The position numbers were made by a program, and so were the translations under genes. Source: Desulfurobacterium sp. (GTDB lineage Bacteria; Aquificota; Aquificia; Desulfurobacteriales; Desulfurobacteriaceae). From it: a stretch of DNA of 50,996 bases. Where the stretch lies: the NCBI GenBank assembly GCA_026988135.1, contig JALSLT010000059.1:1-50996 (forward strand). The letters run 5' to 3'. Within the stretch, counting starts at the first letter, position 1. Each line of letters opens with the position of its first letter. Below are positions 41,568-50,446 of the stretch, piece by piece. Under the pieces are notes generated by a model. It had not been told where the DNA came from, did not search any database, and was given only the letters and a program-made list of their open reading frames with translations.

Positions 41568-42046
41568 AGTATTATTCCCATTAGTACCCCTATCACTATG
41601 GCGATGATAAAACTTAATCCGTTTCTTAAAATAGCTAATTTTTTTCCAAGTTCTCTTATTTCAATGGGAAGTGTAACTATTCCTATCATTGTAAGTGTAG
41701 TGATAAATACCGCTACGGATGTAATAGAGGCTCCGGCTCTCAGTAAGGATGCGGTAAGAGGGAATGAGATAATGGAAGGGATATGAAGAACTGCTCCGAG
41801 AGAAGCAACTGCTATTATACCTTTCAGTCCTGCTCTTTCACCGACAATGTTGATAATTGTGCTTTTGGGAATGAATCCTAAGATTAGTCCTATAATTAGA
41901 ATTGTTATTATTACCATTGGGAGCATTTTTAAAGAAACCTTTAATGCTACTTTTAACGCTTTTTCTGTTTTTTTCTTGTCCTTTTTGAATGCTATTGCAA
42001 TGGAGATGATTGTAATTCCGTTTATTGTTAAAGCTGTAATATTCAT
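41564..42046 (-). CDS. small permease (DUF318/ArsP-like half-size)
   Basis: Hydrophobic; FPLTASLLRAGAS, LPIEIRELG...RN. ATG 42046 follows AGGAG. Confidence 0.8.
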   Translation of the reverse strand: MNITALTINGITIISIAIAFKKDKKKTEKALKVALKVSLKMLPMVIITILIIGLILGFIPKSTIINIVGERAGLKGIIAVASLGAVLHIPSIISFPLTASLLRAGASITSVAVFITTLTMIGIVTLPIEIRELGKKLAILRNGLSFIIAIVIGVLMGIIL

Positions 42047-42138
42047 GATACAGCTCCTATATTTTTCTCTGCTTTTAATAATATTGTTTTGATAAATGTT
42101 TTCTTTGATTTGAGACAAATTATGCAGAGGTTTGTAAA

Positions 42139-42155
42139 GGCGGGAAATTCCCGCC
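42139..42155 (-). terminator. hairpin after the TolC gene
   Basis: GGCGGGAA-A-TTCCCGCC, followed by TTT on the - strand. Confidence 0.65.
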
Positions 42156-42160
42156 GGTTT

Positions 42161-43468
42161 TTATTTTTGATAAGTATTATCTGATGGTAGTTTTCCTACG
42201 TAATACTCTATGTCCGCCAAAGCTCTATAGTAATCGGCTATTGCCGAATTTAGTGTTCCTTTCGCTTTTGTAAGGTATGCCATTGCGTCACATACTTCCG
42301 TTGATGTTCCTACCTGGGCTTTATACCTTTCTTCCGAGTCTCTTAAAAGTTCTCTAGCTTGTTCAGTCATGGTTTTTGCTGTGTTTATGCGATTTTCTGC
42401 ACTTTTAAGTTTCGATAGAGAGGTGATAATACCGAGTTTTAACCGTTGTTTTATGTCTGTTGTTTTTAGTTTCATTTCTCTTTCGGTTTCTTTGGCTTTT
42501 AGGGTTCTCCAGTATCTTTGGCTTCCCTCGAAGATAGGTATGTTTACCATTAAAGCGCCGTAAGTTTCATCAAAATTTCCGATTCCGGGATATTGGTCGG
42601 TTTTTTCATAACCGAGAGCAAGTGTTACTTTCGGGAGAAATTGAGAGTAGGCGATTTTGGTTCCGTATTTTGCTCCTTTTGCTCCGATTTCGGATGCCTT
42701 TAATAAAAAGTTTCCCTTGTATGCCATTTCTATCAACTGTTTCCGATTTAATTTCAAAGGCTTATAGGATAATTTTTTAAATTTTACTTCTATTTCGTTT
42801 GTTCCGGTATCTGTTTTAAGTTTTTCAAGACTTATTGTGTAAAAACTCTCTGCTTTTGATAACGATTCCAGAGTCTCGTGATATTTAACTTTGGCTTCGA
42901 GGAGGTCTCTTCTTGGTACGATTCCTTCTTTATAAAAGTTTTCAGCATCTTTGAGGTGGTTTTTTGCTGCTGCTACATAGCTTTTTGCTATCTCTACGGC
43001 TGTTTTTGCTTCAGTTAAAGTGTAGTAATCCTGCTTTATTTTTCTTTTTATATCGGTTATTTTATATTTGACCAAGAAGGTTTCGGCTCTTTTTCTGCTG
43101 TCTTTTACTTTCAGATTGTAGTAAAGATATCCTCCTGTGAATAGAGGTTGCGTAAGAGTTGCTTTAATAGAATAGTAATTTTTTTCTATAAGGGGGAATT
43201 GTTGTAGAGGTAATCCCGGTAAAGTTAATTTCATTTCAGGAATATCCGATTGATGAATTTTTGAGTATTCCAAGTTTATAGAAGGGAGAAATTTGCCTAT
43301 TGCTTCTTTCTTTTCAAATTCTCGTATTTTGAGTTTATTTTTTGATATTTTTATATCGGTGTTGTTCTTTATGGCCGTGTCTATTAGTTGGTTTAAAGAT
43401 AGAGGTTCACATACACAGATTGATGGGAAAATGATGGCCGCTATAAGAAGTTTCTTGTTAATTTTCAT
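42161..43468 (-). CDS. TolC-family outer membrane efflux protein
   Basis: LSLNQLIDTAIKNN, FLPSINL, TQPLFTGG, IPIFEG, RYKAQVGT. Confidence 0.92.
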   Translation of the reverse strand: MKINKKLLIAAIIFPSICVCEPLSLNQLIDTAIKNNTDIKISKNKLKIREFEKKEAIGKFLPSINLEYSKIHQSDIPEMKLTLPGLPLQQFPLIEKNYYSIKATLTQPLFTGGYLYYNLKVKDSRKRAETFLVKYKITDIKRKIKQDYYTLTEAKTAVEIAKSYVAAAKNHLKDAENFYKEGIVPRRDLLEAKVKYHETLESLSKAESFYTISLEKLKTDTGTNEIEVKFKKLSYKPLKLNRKQLIEMAYKGNFLLKASEIGAKGAKYGTKIAYSQFLPKVTLALGYEKTDQYPGIGNFDETYGALMVNIPIFEGSQRYWRTLKAKETEREMKLKTTDIKQRLKLGIITSLSKLKSAENRINTAKTMTEQARELLRDSEERYKAQVGTSTEVCDAMAYLTKAKGTLNSAIADYYRALADIEYYVGKLPSDNTYQK

Positions 43469-44987
43469 TTTTTGCCTCCTTTGGTTTGATGAAAAAGGCA
43501 GGGATTAAGGAGAGAATACCACAGATAAGGGCAAAGAAAAATACATCCCTGAAAGAGAGCCAGTATGCTTCTTTTGCAAATAAGATTCCCAGAAGAGCTT
43601 TTGCTTTGGGCTCTATAAAATTTGATGTTGTGGAGCGGAAATAGTACAAGTAACCTTTTGCTTTTGCCATAAATTCGGTGATTTGTGGAGCGGAAGAAGA
43701 GATTTTCTCTGTTGCTCCTATAAGGTGCGCATCCTTTCTGGATGTCAGTATGAAAGTTGCAAGAGATGTGCCTATACTGCCTCCTACAAGTCTTAAAACA
43801 TTTTGAAGAGCTGAAGATTGCCTTAAAAGTTCCCCTTTAAAATCGGCAAGAGCAACTTGTGCAAGGGCTGGAAAGAAAATTCCCATGCCGATTCCCCAGG
43901 GAAGGAGATGAAGGATTATCTGTTCTTTTCCCATGATGAGGTCAAGTTTGCTTTGCAAATGAGTTCCGTATATGAAAACGATAATTCCACCGATAATAGC
44001 TACCTTTAGACTTACTATTTTTTTATCTATAAGTATTCCTGTGATTAGGCTTACAATGCCTGTTAGGAAAGCAGGAAAAAAAAGGATTTCTCCCGCAACT
44101 ATTGTCGGGAATTCTCTTAATCTTTCCAAATATAAAGGTAACATGAAATAGGAGGCGTAAAGTCCCATTCCGAAGAGGATTCTTGATATGGAACTGTATG
44201 TGAAAAAGCCGTATTTGAAAAGGTTAAGGTTTATAAGCGGATGTTTGACTTTAGTTTCCGTGTATATAAACAATACTGCTGTTACGATTGATGTATAGAA
44301 CAACATTACAACCTTTGCACTACTCCATCCCCAGCTGTTCCCTTTCGATAGTGCAACTAAAATGGATGTTAAAGATACTGTAAGCAGGATAAATCCGGTA
44401 ATATCAAATGATATTTTGTGTTTTGTGTCTTTGAAATTTTCAAGGAGTAAAGATAATAGGTATAGAACGATAATTCCCGGTAAAATATTAACGTAAAATA
44501 CCCATCTCCAGTCCATATGTTCCGTTAAATATCCTCCTATTGTTGGACCGAGGGATGGACCGAATGCAGCTCCTATGGCGTACATTCCCATTGCAAGTCC
44601 CTTTTTGTCTTCTGGAAATATTTCGTAAAGTAATGTTAAAGCCATGGGAACCGCCAATCCTTCTCCAAAACCCTGAAATACTCTTCCTGCAAGCATGGTT
44701 TGGAAATTTGGAGCTATCCCGCACAAAGCGCTCATAATGGTGAAAAGGCCTATTCCGAAAAGGTAAGTGTTCCTATGTCCGAATTTTCCGCCTATCCATC
44801 CGACAGTGGGCATTGCTATTGCCGAAGCTATCATGTAAGCTATTATTACCCATTGGATATCTTCGGTTTTGGCATCAAAAGCGCTCATCATATGTGGAAT
44901 AACAATATCTACAATTGTGGTGTCAAGAAGTGTCATAAACATTCCGGTTACAATTAACACACCTATCATAAATGTTTTTCTTTCCAT
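43458..44987 (-). CDS. DHA2 family MFS efflux transporter (EmrB/QacA)
   Basis: LDTTIVDI, WVIIAYMIA, GRVFQG, GPTIGGYLTE...WRWVFYVN. Confidence 0.93.
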   Translation of the reverse strand: MERKTFMIGVLIVTGMFMTLLDTTIVDIVIPHMMSAFDAKTEDIQWVIIAYMIASAIAMPTVGWIGGKFGHRNTYLFGIGLFTIMSALCGIAPNFQTMLAGRVFQGFGEGLAVPMALTLLYEIFPEDKKGLAMGMYAIGAAFGPSLGPTIGGYLTEHMDWRWVFYVNILPGIIVLYLLSLLLENFKDTKHKISFDITGFILLTVSLTSILVALSKGNSWGWSSAKVVMLFYTSIVTAVLFIYTETKVKHPLINLNLFKYGFFTYSSISRILFGMGLYASYFMLPLYLERLREFPTIVAGEILFFPAFLTGIVSLITGILIDKKIVSLKVAIIGGIIVFIYGTHLQSKLDLIMGKEQIILHLLPWGIGMGIFFPALAQVALADFKGELLRQSSALQNVLRLVGGSIGTSLATFILTSRKDAHLIGATEKISSSAPQITEFMAKAKGYLYYFRSTTSNFIEPKAKALLGILFAKEAYWLSFRDVFFFALICGILSLIPAFFIKPKEAKNEN

Positions 44988-44991
44988 CTTT

Positions 44992-46260
44992 TCAATCCTT
45001 GTGGATATATACTGTTACGCTTGTTCCCGGTTTTATGCAGGTTTCTGGAACATTCTTGATGTTTATTTTTACCGGTATTCTTTGGGTTACTTTTGTGAAT
45101 TCTCCTTGAGACGGATCTCTCGGTATTAGAGCGAACTCGGAACCTGCCGCTTTGCCGATAGAGGTTACTTTTCCTTCGAACTCTTTTCCGCAAATTTCCA
45201 ATTCCGCTTTAACTTTACTTCCGACTTTAAAGTCTTTAATACGGTCTTCTTCTATCCATGCGAGAATGTAAAAACTATTAGGGTTATATAGAGAATATAC
45301 AGGTAATCCCGGCGATACGAACTCTCCTTTCTCTCTCCATTTTTTTGCTACGGTTCCGTTAACCGGAGATTTGACGAGAGTATGGGAAAGAAAAATTTTA
45401 GTTTTTTCAACTCCTTTTTCCGTGGCATCAATTTCTTTGGTTAGAGCTTTTATCGAGTTTTTAAGTTCTTCTATTGCTTTAAGGTTTTCTTTTGTAATTC
45501 TTACCTCTCTTTTTGTAACGGATATTTGCGACTTTAGGGCATTTCTCTCCTTTTTGACTATTTCAATGTTGTTTTTCAGACTTTCCGCAGATTTTAGGTT
45601 CTCTTTTGCCGCTACCAGTTTTGCTAAACTTTCCCGGTATTTGAATTCTGCACTTTTATAGCCGGTTTTTACTTCTTCAAACTGCTGCTTTGAGATGATT
45701 CCTCTATTGTAAAGATTTTCAAATCTTTCGAAACGGTTATTCCACATTTTAAAATTGGTTCTTGCCGCTTCTGTTCCCTTCTCTGCTGCTTTTATAGTTT
45801 CTTGTGCTTTTGTAACAGATGTTTTATATCGATTGGATGCAAGTTTTTCTTTATTGTCAAGGATAGAAAGTTGTTCCATTTCTCCATTTAGTTTATCTTT
45901 TACCATTTTTACCTGTTCCGGAAGTTGATTTTCCAGCTTTTTTAGCTTTGTTTGTAAAGAGGCTTTCTTGAATTCTAAAGCTTTAATCTTGTTTTCTAAA
46001 ATAGCCACCTGTTTTTTATATATTGAGTCATCTATCTTGAAAAGAGGGTCTCCTTTGTGTACCGTGGAAAACTCTTTTACAAAAAGTTTTGTTATCTTTC
46101 CGGAAACATCCTGGGTGGATACGGATGTTATTTTTGCCTTTTGAAATGCGTCTTCGGAAATTATATAGATATGTCTTAAGTAAAAGTAGTGAGCGAGCCA
46201 TGCGGAAACAGCTATTATTACTACTATTCCTCCGATTGATGAAATTCTTTTTCCTGCCAT
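44992..46260 (-). CDS. HlyD/EmrA family membrane fusion protein
   Basis: N-terminal TM segment, VSGKI...KGDPLF, long coiled coil, SPVNGTV, FTKVTQRIPVKI. Start at ATG 46260 after GGAGG. Confidence 0.92.
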   Translation of the reverse strand: MAGKRISSIGGIVVIIAVSAWLAHYFYLRHIYIISEDAFQKAKITSVSTQDVSGKITKLFVKEFSTVHKGDPLFKIDDSIYKKQVAILENKIKALEFKKASLQTKLKKLENQLPEQVKMVKDKLNGEMEQLSILDNKEKLASNRYKTSVTKAQETIKAAEKGTEAARTNFKMWNNRFERFENLYNRGIISKQQFEEVKTGYKSAEFKYRESLAKLVAAKENLKSAESLKNNIEIVKKERNALKSQISVTKREVRITKENLKAIEELKNSIKALTKEIDATEKGVEKTKIFLSHTLVKSPVNGTVAKKWREKGEFVSPGLPVYSLYNPNSFYILAWIEEDRIKDFKVGSKVKAELEICGKEFEGKVTSIGKAAGSEFALIPRDPSQGEFTKVTQRIPVKINIKNVPETCIKPGTSVTVYIHKD

Positions 46261-46278
46261 TCTTCCTCCCCCTGAATA

Positions 46279-46297
46279 GAATTGTGAATCACAATTC
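46279..46297. promoter_or_regulatory. palindromic operator-like site upstream of the efflux operon
   Basis: GAATTGTGA-A-TCACAATTC, 19 bp upstream of the emrA-like start codon. Confidence 0.55.
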
Positions 46298-46424
46298 ACA
46301 AATATAGTTGAAATTTCAAAAAAAATCAATAGGGGTTGTTTGAAAAATTTTTGATTAAAATGTTTTATTAACTTGCTATAATTAATCATTAAAAGTTGCT
46401 AATAATCCAACAAGGAGGGTGCTA

Positions 46425-47627
46425 ATGAGAAAACTTATTATGTTTTCTTCTCTTGCAACAACCTTTCTCTTTATCGCCGGATGTAACAGTTTTGAAAGTT
46501 TGGGTGATTCTGAGAGTCCTGAAGCTTGTAAACATGAGGTTTCAAATGCTCTTGACAAGCAGGAATATGATAAGGCAGTAGCTCTATTGGACGGGGTATG
46601 TAAAGATGCTTTTTCCGATACTGAAAGAAAAGTAAATCTCGGGGCTGCTTATGTTGGGAAGGCAGGTTACGATATTCCGAGCCTGCTTACTGATTTGATA
46701 GACAGTACGGATACAGATGATCCTATGGCAACCTTTCTATCGAAAGTTACCGGTGAAAATCCAGGAGATGATTTTATATTTCTACAGAAGGCGAGTGACT
46801 ACTATTCAAGTGCAATAGACAATATCGATTGTAACAGTACATCCCTTTCTTATCTTGAAAAAGATGTATGTTTCTTCAAAGGTATTGCGGATTTTGCTCA
46901 GGCTGCTACTTCTTTCTCCCTTCTTTTTCAATCGCTTTCAACCGATAATCTTACAGATGTGATACAGACCTGGGCTAATGACACTGTATCAGGAGATATT
47001 ACCTGTGACCTTGATGCGAATCAGGATGGAGTTGTGGATAGTGTTCAGTTTAGTGCAGATGCCCTTGAGTATGCTTCAACAAATATGACCAGTATAACCA
47101 GTTTAGTATCCAAGGGAAATGGAACTTTCGGTTATTCAAATAAAACTTTTGAAGTTGTAAAACTTACTGTAAATGCTACTTCCCCATGTTCTCAGAATAA
47201 CGAGGATTATAAAGTTTTTGAAGTTTACTCTACCGGAAAAACGGTTGTTCTTACAGATGGTTACTGTTATGCGGATAACGGAACTACCTGTGACTCTGTT
47301 AATGAAACTTCCGGGTGCTATCCTTGTCCTATTGTAACTGAAAATAATACTGCTACGGTGGTTGACAGCATCGTTGAACTTATAAACAGCGGAACAGAAA
47401 CTATAGCTTCTGTTATTTCTGATGATAATGGAGATGTAGAGGAGAGTCTTACAGATATAAAAAGAGATATATGTGAACCAAACCCTTCAGCATGTTTATG
47501 TTCTTTGGATGGAGTAGCATGGGCTGATTGTACAAACTCAACTCTTGATATGGCCTCCGATATACAGATTAAAAGTGATAATGAAACTCTTGTGCAAGAT
47601 CTTTTAGCTGAATATTTAAATCAGTAA
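46425..47627 (+). CDS. acidic Cys-rich lipoprotein of unknown function
   Basis: Lipobox FIAG-C, AAGGAGG RBS, 14 further Cys, DLDANQDGVVD Ca-binding-like loop. Confidence 0.8.
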   Translation: MRKLIMFSSLATTFLFIAGCNSFESLGDSESPEACKHEVSNALDKQEYDKAVALLDGVCKDAFSDTERKVNLGAAYVGKAGYDIPSLLTDLIDSTDTDDPMATFLSKVTGENPGDDFIFLQKASDYYSSAIDNIDCNSTSLSYLEKDVCFFKGIADFAQAATSFSLLFQSLSTDNLTDVIQTWANDTVSGDITCDLDANQDGVVDSVQFSADALEYASTNMTSITSLVSKGNGTFGYSNKTFEVVKLTVNATSPCSQNNEDYKVFEVYSTGKTVVLTDGYCYADNGTTCDSVNETSGCYPCPIVTENNTATVVDSIVELINSGTETIASVISDDNGDVEESLTDIKRDICEPNPSACLCSLDGVAWADCTNSTLDMASDIQIKSDNETLVQDLLAEYLNQ

Positions 47628-47651
47628 TTGATGGAAAGGGAGGAAGGTGTA

Positions 47652-48803
47652 ATGAAGAGGATAATAAAAGCTTTAACTTTGGTGCTTGTTATGTCCGGAG
47701 CTTCTATGGGAGCGAATTTAGAGTATCCCTATATATATAAAGACCCTTCCGTAATGGGAATGGGAGGGGCTTATACTGCCGTTGGTGGAAGTGTGAATTC
47801 GTTATTTTACAATCCTGCCGGTTTATCCGATGTAAATGGAGATGCGGGATTTGAAGTAACACTTTTAAAAGTGACCGGGGCAACTTCATCTAAAACGGTT
47901 GATTTCGTTAACGATTTTTCCGATGTTATGGATATAGATAACGATACTGAGCAAACAAAAGCCTTAAACGATTTGATTCTAAAATATATGGGTGATAATT
48001 TTCACTTAGATGTTCAGTCTCTATTTTTGGGTGTGGTAAAAAGTACTGAAAATTTTGGTTTCGGTTTTACTGTTGTATCAAGTGCACAAGCTAATTTTGC
48101 AACCCATCAAGGTGCGGGGACTGATGGCCTTGTAGAAGTGGATGCTAAAGCTTACGGAGGTGTTATAGGAGGTTTTTCTAAAAACTTCATAGATGGAAAA
48201 TTAAAAGCAGGAATAGGGGTGAAATATCTGTTTGCGGAATCTGTAGAGCATAATTTTTCCACTACGGAAATACTTGACAATACTGATAATTTTACGGATT
48301 ACGTGAATGATAACTATGTTAACTCAGGTTCCGGTGTTGGTTTTGATATTGGGTTTGAATACGTACCTCTTGAAGGAAGTTTTTGGAATCCACAATTTGG
48401 AATTTCTGTTCTAAATGTAGGGGATTTAAAACTTGGAGATGCGGGAACTATTCCTATGAGTGTAAATTTTGGTGTTGCTTTAAAACCGGAATTTGAAGGT
48501 ATTAAGGGATTTTTTAAATATCCCGTTGTTGCTCTTGATATTGTTGATGTTACGAAGAACAACGGTGTTGATGATGATTGGGGTAAAAGAATTCGCGCAG
48601 GTGCGAAGATAAATATATGGGACAATAGATTTACAACCTTTGCAGTTGCCACAGGTCTTTATCAGGGTTATCCAACTTTCGGTGTTGATTTCCGTCTTGG
48701 AGTTTTTGCTCTTCAGTTTGCTTCATATACGGAGGAAGTCGGTGCTTACGCAGGACAGGATGAAGATAGAAGATACACCGGTTCCGTTTCCGTAGAATGG
48801 TAA
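47652..48803 (+). CDS. outer-membrane beta-barrel protein, TraF-like/FadL-related
   Basis: Signal peptide; MGMGGAYTAV...SLFYNPAGL plug motif; GVGFDIG, GLYQGYPTFG, YTEEVGAYAG; ends in aromatic W. Confidence 0.8.
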   Translation: MKRIIKALTLVLVMSGASMGANLEYPYIYKDPSVMGMGGAYTAVGGSVNSLFYNPAGLSDVNGDAGFEVTLLKVTGATSSKTVDFVNDFSDVMDIDNDTEQTKALNDLILKYMGDNFHLDVQSLFLGVVKSTENFGFGFTVVSSAQANFATHQGAGTDGLVEVDAKAYGGVIGGFSKNFIDGKLKAGIGVKYLFAESVEHNFSTTEILDNTDNFTDYVNDNYVNSGSGVGFDIGFEYVPLEGSFWNPQFGISVLNVGDLKLGDAGTIPMSVNFGVALKPEFEGIKGFFKYPVVALDIVDVTKNNGVDDDWGKRIRAGAKINIWDNRFTTFAVATGLYQGYPTFGVDFRLGVFALQFASYTEEVGAYAGQDEDRRYTGSVSVEW

Positions 48804-48811
48804 ATTTCCCC

Positions 48812-48840
48812 ACAAGAGAAGGTCACGCCTTCTCTTGTTT
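48812..48840 (+). terminator. intrinsic terminator after the lipoprotein-barrel pair
   Basis: ACAAGAGAAGG-TCACG-CCTTCTCTTGT followed by TT. Confidence 0.75.
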
Positions 48841-48868
48841 CAATATTGGAATATTCGAATATTGAAAC
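48837..48868. promoter_or_regulatory. 32-bp near-perfect palindrome upstream of the amino-acid ABC operon
   Basis: GTTTCAATATT-GGAATATTCG-AATATTGAAAC; one mismatched pair; three AATATT units at 8-bp spacing. Confidence 0.5.
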
Positions 48869-48926
48869 TTGTTTTTTTCTTTAAGAAAAATTAAAATCAA
48901 TCAACTAAATTTAAAGGAGGTAAGTG

Positions 48927-49727
48927 ATGAAGAGATTGAAAGTATTGTTTCTTTCAGTGATGGCTTTTCTAATTGCACTTGTTAGCCTTTCGCCGGCAAA
49001 GGCGGGTACTCTTGAGAAAATTAAACGAAAGGGTTATATGACTGTAGGAGTAAAATACGATTTCAAACCTTTCGGTTTCGTGAATGAGAAAGGTGAAGTT
49101 GTTGGATTTGACATTGATCTTGTAAGATATATAGCTAAAAAGTTAGGGTTTAAAGTAAAGCTTGTTCAGGTTACCTCAAAGACAAGAATTCCGATGCTTG
49201 AAAATGGAAATATTGATCTTGCTGCTGCTTCTATGACTCATAAAAGGAAAAGGGATCTTCCTATTGACTTTACAATAAGCTACTATTTCGATGGACAGGC
49301 TATTCTTGCAAGGAGCGACTGTAAAGCAAAAAGTTATAAAGATTTTGCAGGAAAAAGGGTTGCGGCTATTCAGGGTGCAACAAGTGGTCCAAACTTTCTT
49401 AAAGCTCAGCCGAATGCAAAGGTTGTTTATTTTCAGGAATATCCTCAGGCTTTAATGGCTCTTATGAAAGGGAAAGTGGATGCTATCACAACCGATTATA
49501 CTTGGTGTGCTACTCAGGCGAAAGATTCTCATGGAAAGTTAAAAGTTGTTGGTGAACCCTTTACATCTGAACCTTACGGAATGGGTGTGAGAGAAAACGA
49601 TAGTGATTTCAGAGATGCTGTGAATTTTGCGATTCAAGATGCCGTTTTAGACGGAACCTATGCGAAAGTTTATAAAAAGTGGTTTGGTAAAGAACCGACA
49701 AAACTCCCTGAAGTGTGGCCTAAGTAA
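48927..49727 (+). CDS. polar amino acid ABC transporter substrate-binding protein (Glu/Asp, PEB1/GluB-like)
   Basis: Signal peptide, VGVKYDFKPFG, GFDIDL, TRIPML, VDAITTD, EPYGMG. Confidence 0.9.
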   Translation: MKRLKVLFLSVMAFLIALVSLSPAKAGTLEKIKRKGYMTVGVKYDFKPFGFVNEKGEVVGFDIDLVRYIAKKLGFKVKLVQVTSKTRIPMLENGNIDLAAASMTHKRKRDLPIDFTISYYFDGQAILARSDCKAKSYKDFAGKRVAAIQGATSGPNFLKAQPNAKVVYFQEYPQALMALMKGKVDAITTDYTWCATQAKDSHGKLKVVGEPFTSEPYGMGVRENDSDFRDAVNFAIQDAVLDGTYAKVYKKWFGKEPTKLPEVWPK

Positions 49728-49738
49728 GGGAGTTTAAG

Positions 49739-50446
49739 ATGATAATTGACCTTATTATGGAATTTAAGCAGCTTATAATTCAAGGACTTCTTTCAACGAT
49801 AAAGCTATCCCTTATCGGGATAGTTTTATCGACTATTTGGGGATTCGTTATAGGATTTTTTAGAAATTCGAAATCGGAGTTTTTAAGGATTTTCGGTTAT
49901 TACTATGTAGAGGTTTTTAGAAATATTCCTTTAATTGTTCAGATATTTTTTATCTACTTTGCTTTTAATATAGCGGATGTTTTTCCTTTTCTTAAAGTTG
50001 TTGCGAAAGTTTTGCACGTTGATGATTCGAACGCTTTCTTTTCAGCTTTGATGGCACTTGTTCTTTATACCTCAGCGTATATCTCTGAAGTGGTAAGGTC
50101 AGGACTTAACGCTATTCCTTATTCGCAAATAGAGGGGGCTATGAGTCTTGGTCTTACCAGGATTCAGATAATTAGGTATGTGATAATTCCGGAACTTTTT
50201 CTAATAATTATTCCTGCTCTTACAAATCAATATCTTAATTTGATTAAAAATTCTTCTCTTGCTATGACAATAGGTGTGGCGGAGCTTACTTTCGTTACTC
50301 AGCAGATAGATGCGGAAACTTTCAGAGGGTTTGAAGCAGCAACTATTGTTACTATCCTTTATATAGTTTTAACTTTAACGACATCCTTTGTGATGAATTT
50401 TGTTAACAGGTGGGTATCTAAAAATGGCAGGCGCGTATTTGCATAA
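49739..50446 (+). CDS. polar amino acid ABC transporter permease
   Basis: YVEVFRNIPLIVQ, SAYISEVVRSG, EAA-like loop, NLIKNSSL. Confidence 0.93.
   Translation: MIIDLIMEFKQLIIQGLLSTIKLSLIGIVLSTIWGFVIGFFRNSKSEFLRIFGYYYVEVFRNIPLIVQIFFIYFAFNIADVFPFLKVVAKVLHVDDSNAFFSALMALVLYTSAYISEVVRSGLNAIPYSQIEGAMSLGLTRIQIIRYVIIPELFLIIIPALTNQYLNLIKNSSLAMTIGVAELTFVTQQIDAETFRGFEAATIVTILYIVLTLTTSFVMNFVNRWVSKNGRRVFA

Noticed and set aside
46261-46389. N-terminal extension of the EmrA-like ORF in the track
   Set aside because: A strong RBS precedes ATG 46260, and the extension runs through the divergent promoter region. Similar over-extensions were trimmed for ilvC, hemE, pabB, the phosphoesterase, the permease and the barrel.
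47652-48803. Conjugative element suggested by the TraF-like protein
   Set aside because: No relaxase, T4SS, integrase or att sites are nearby; the flanking genes are chromosomal.
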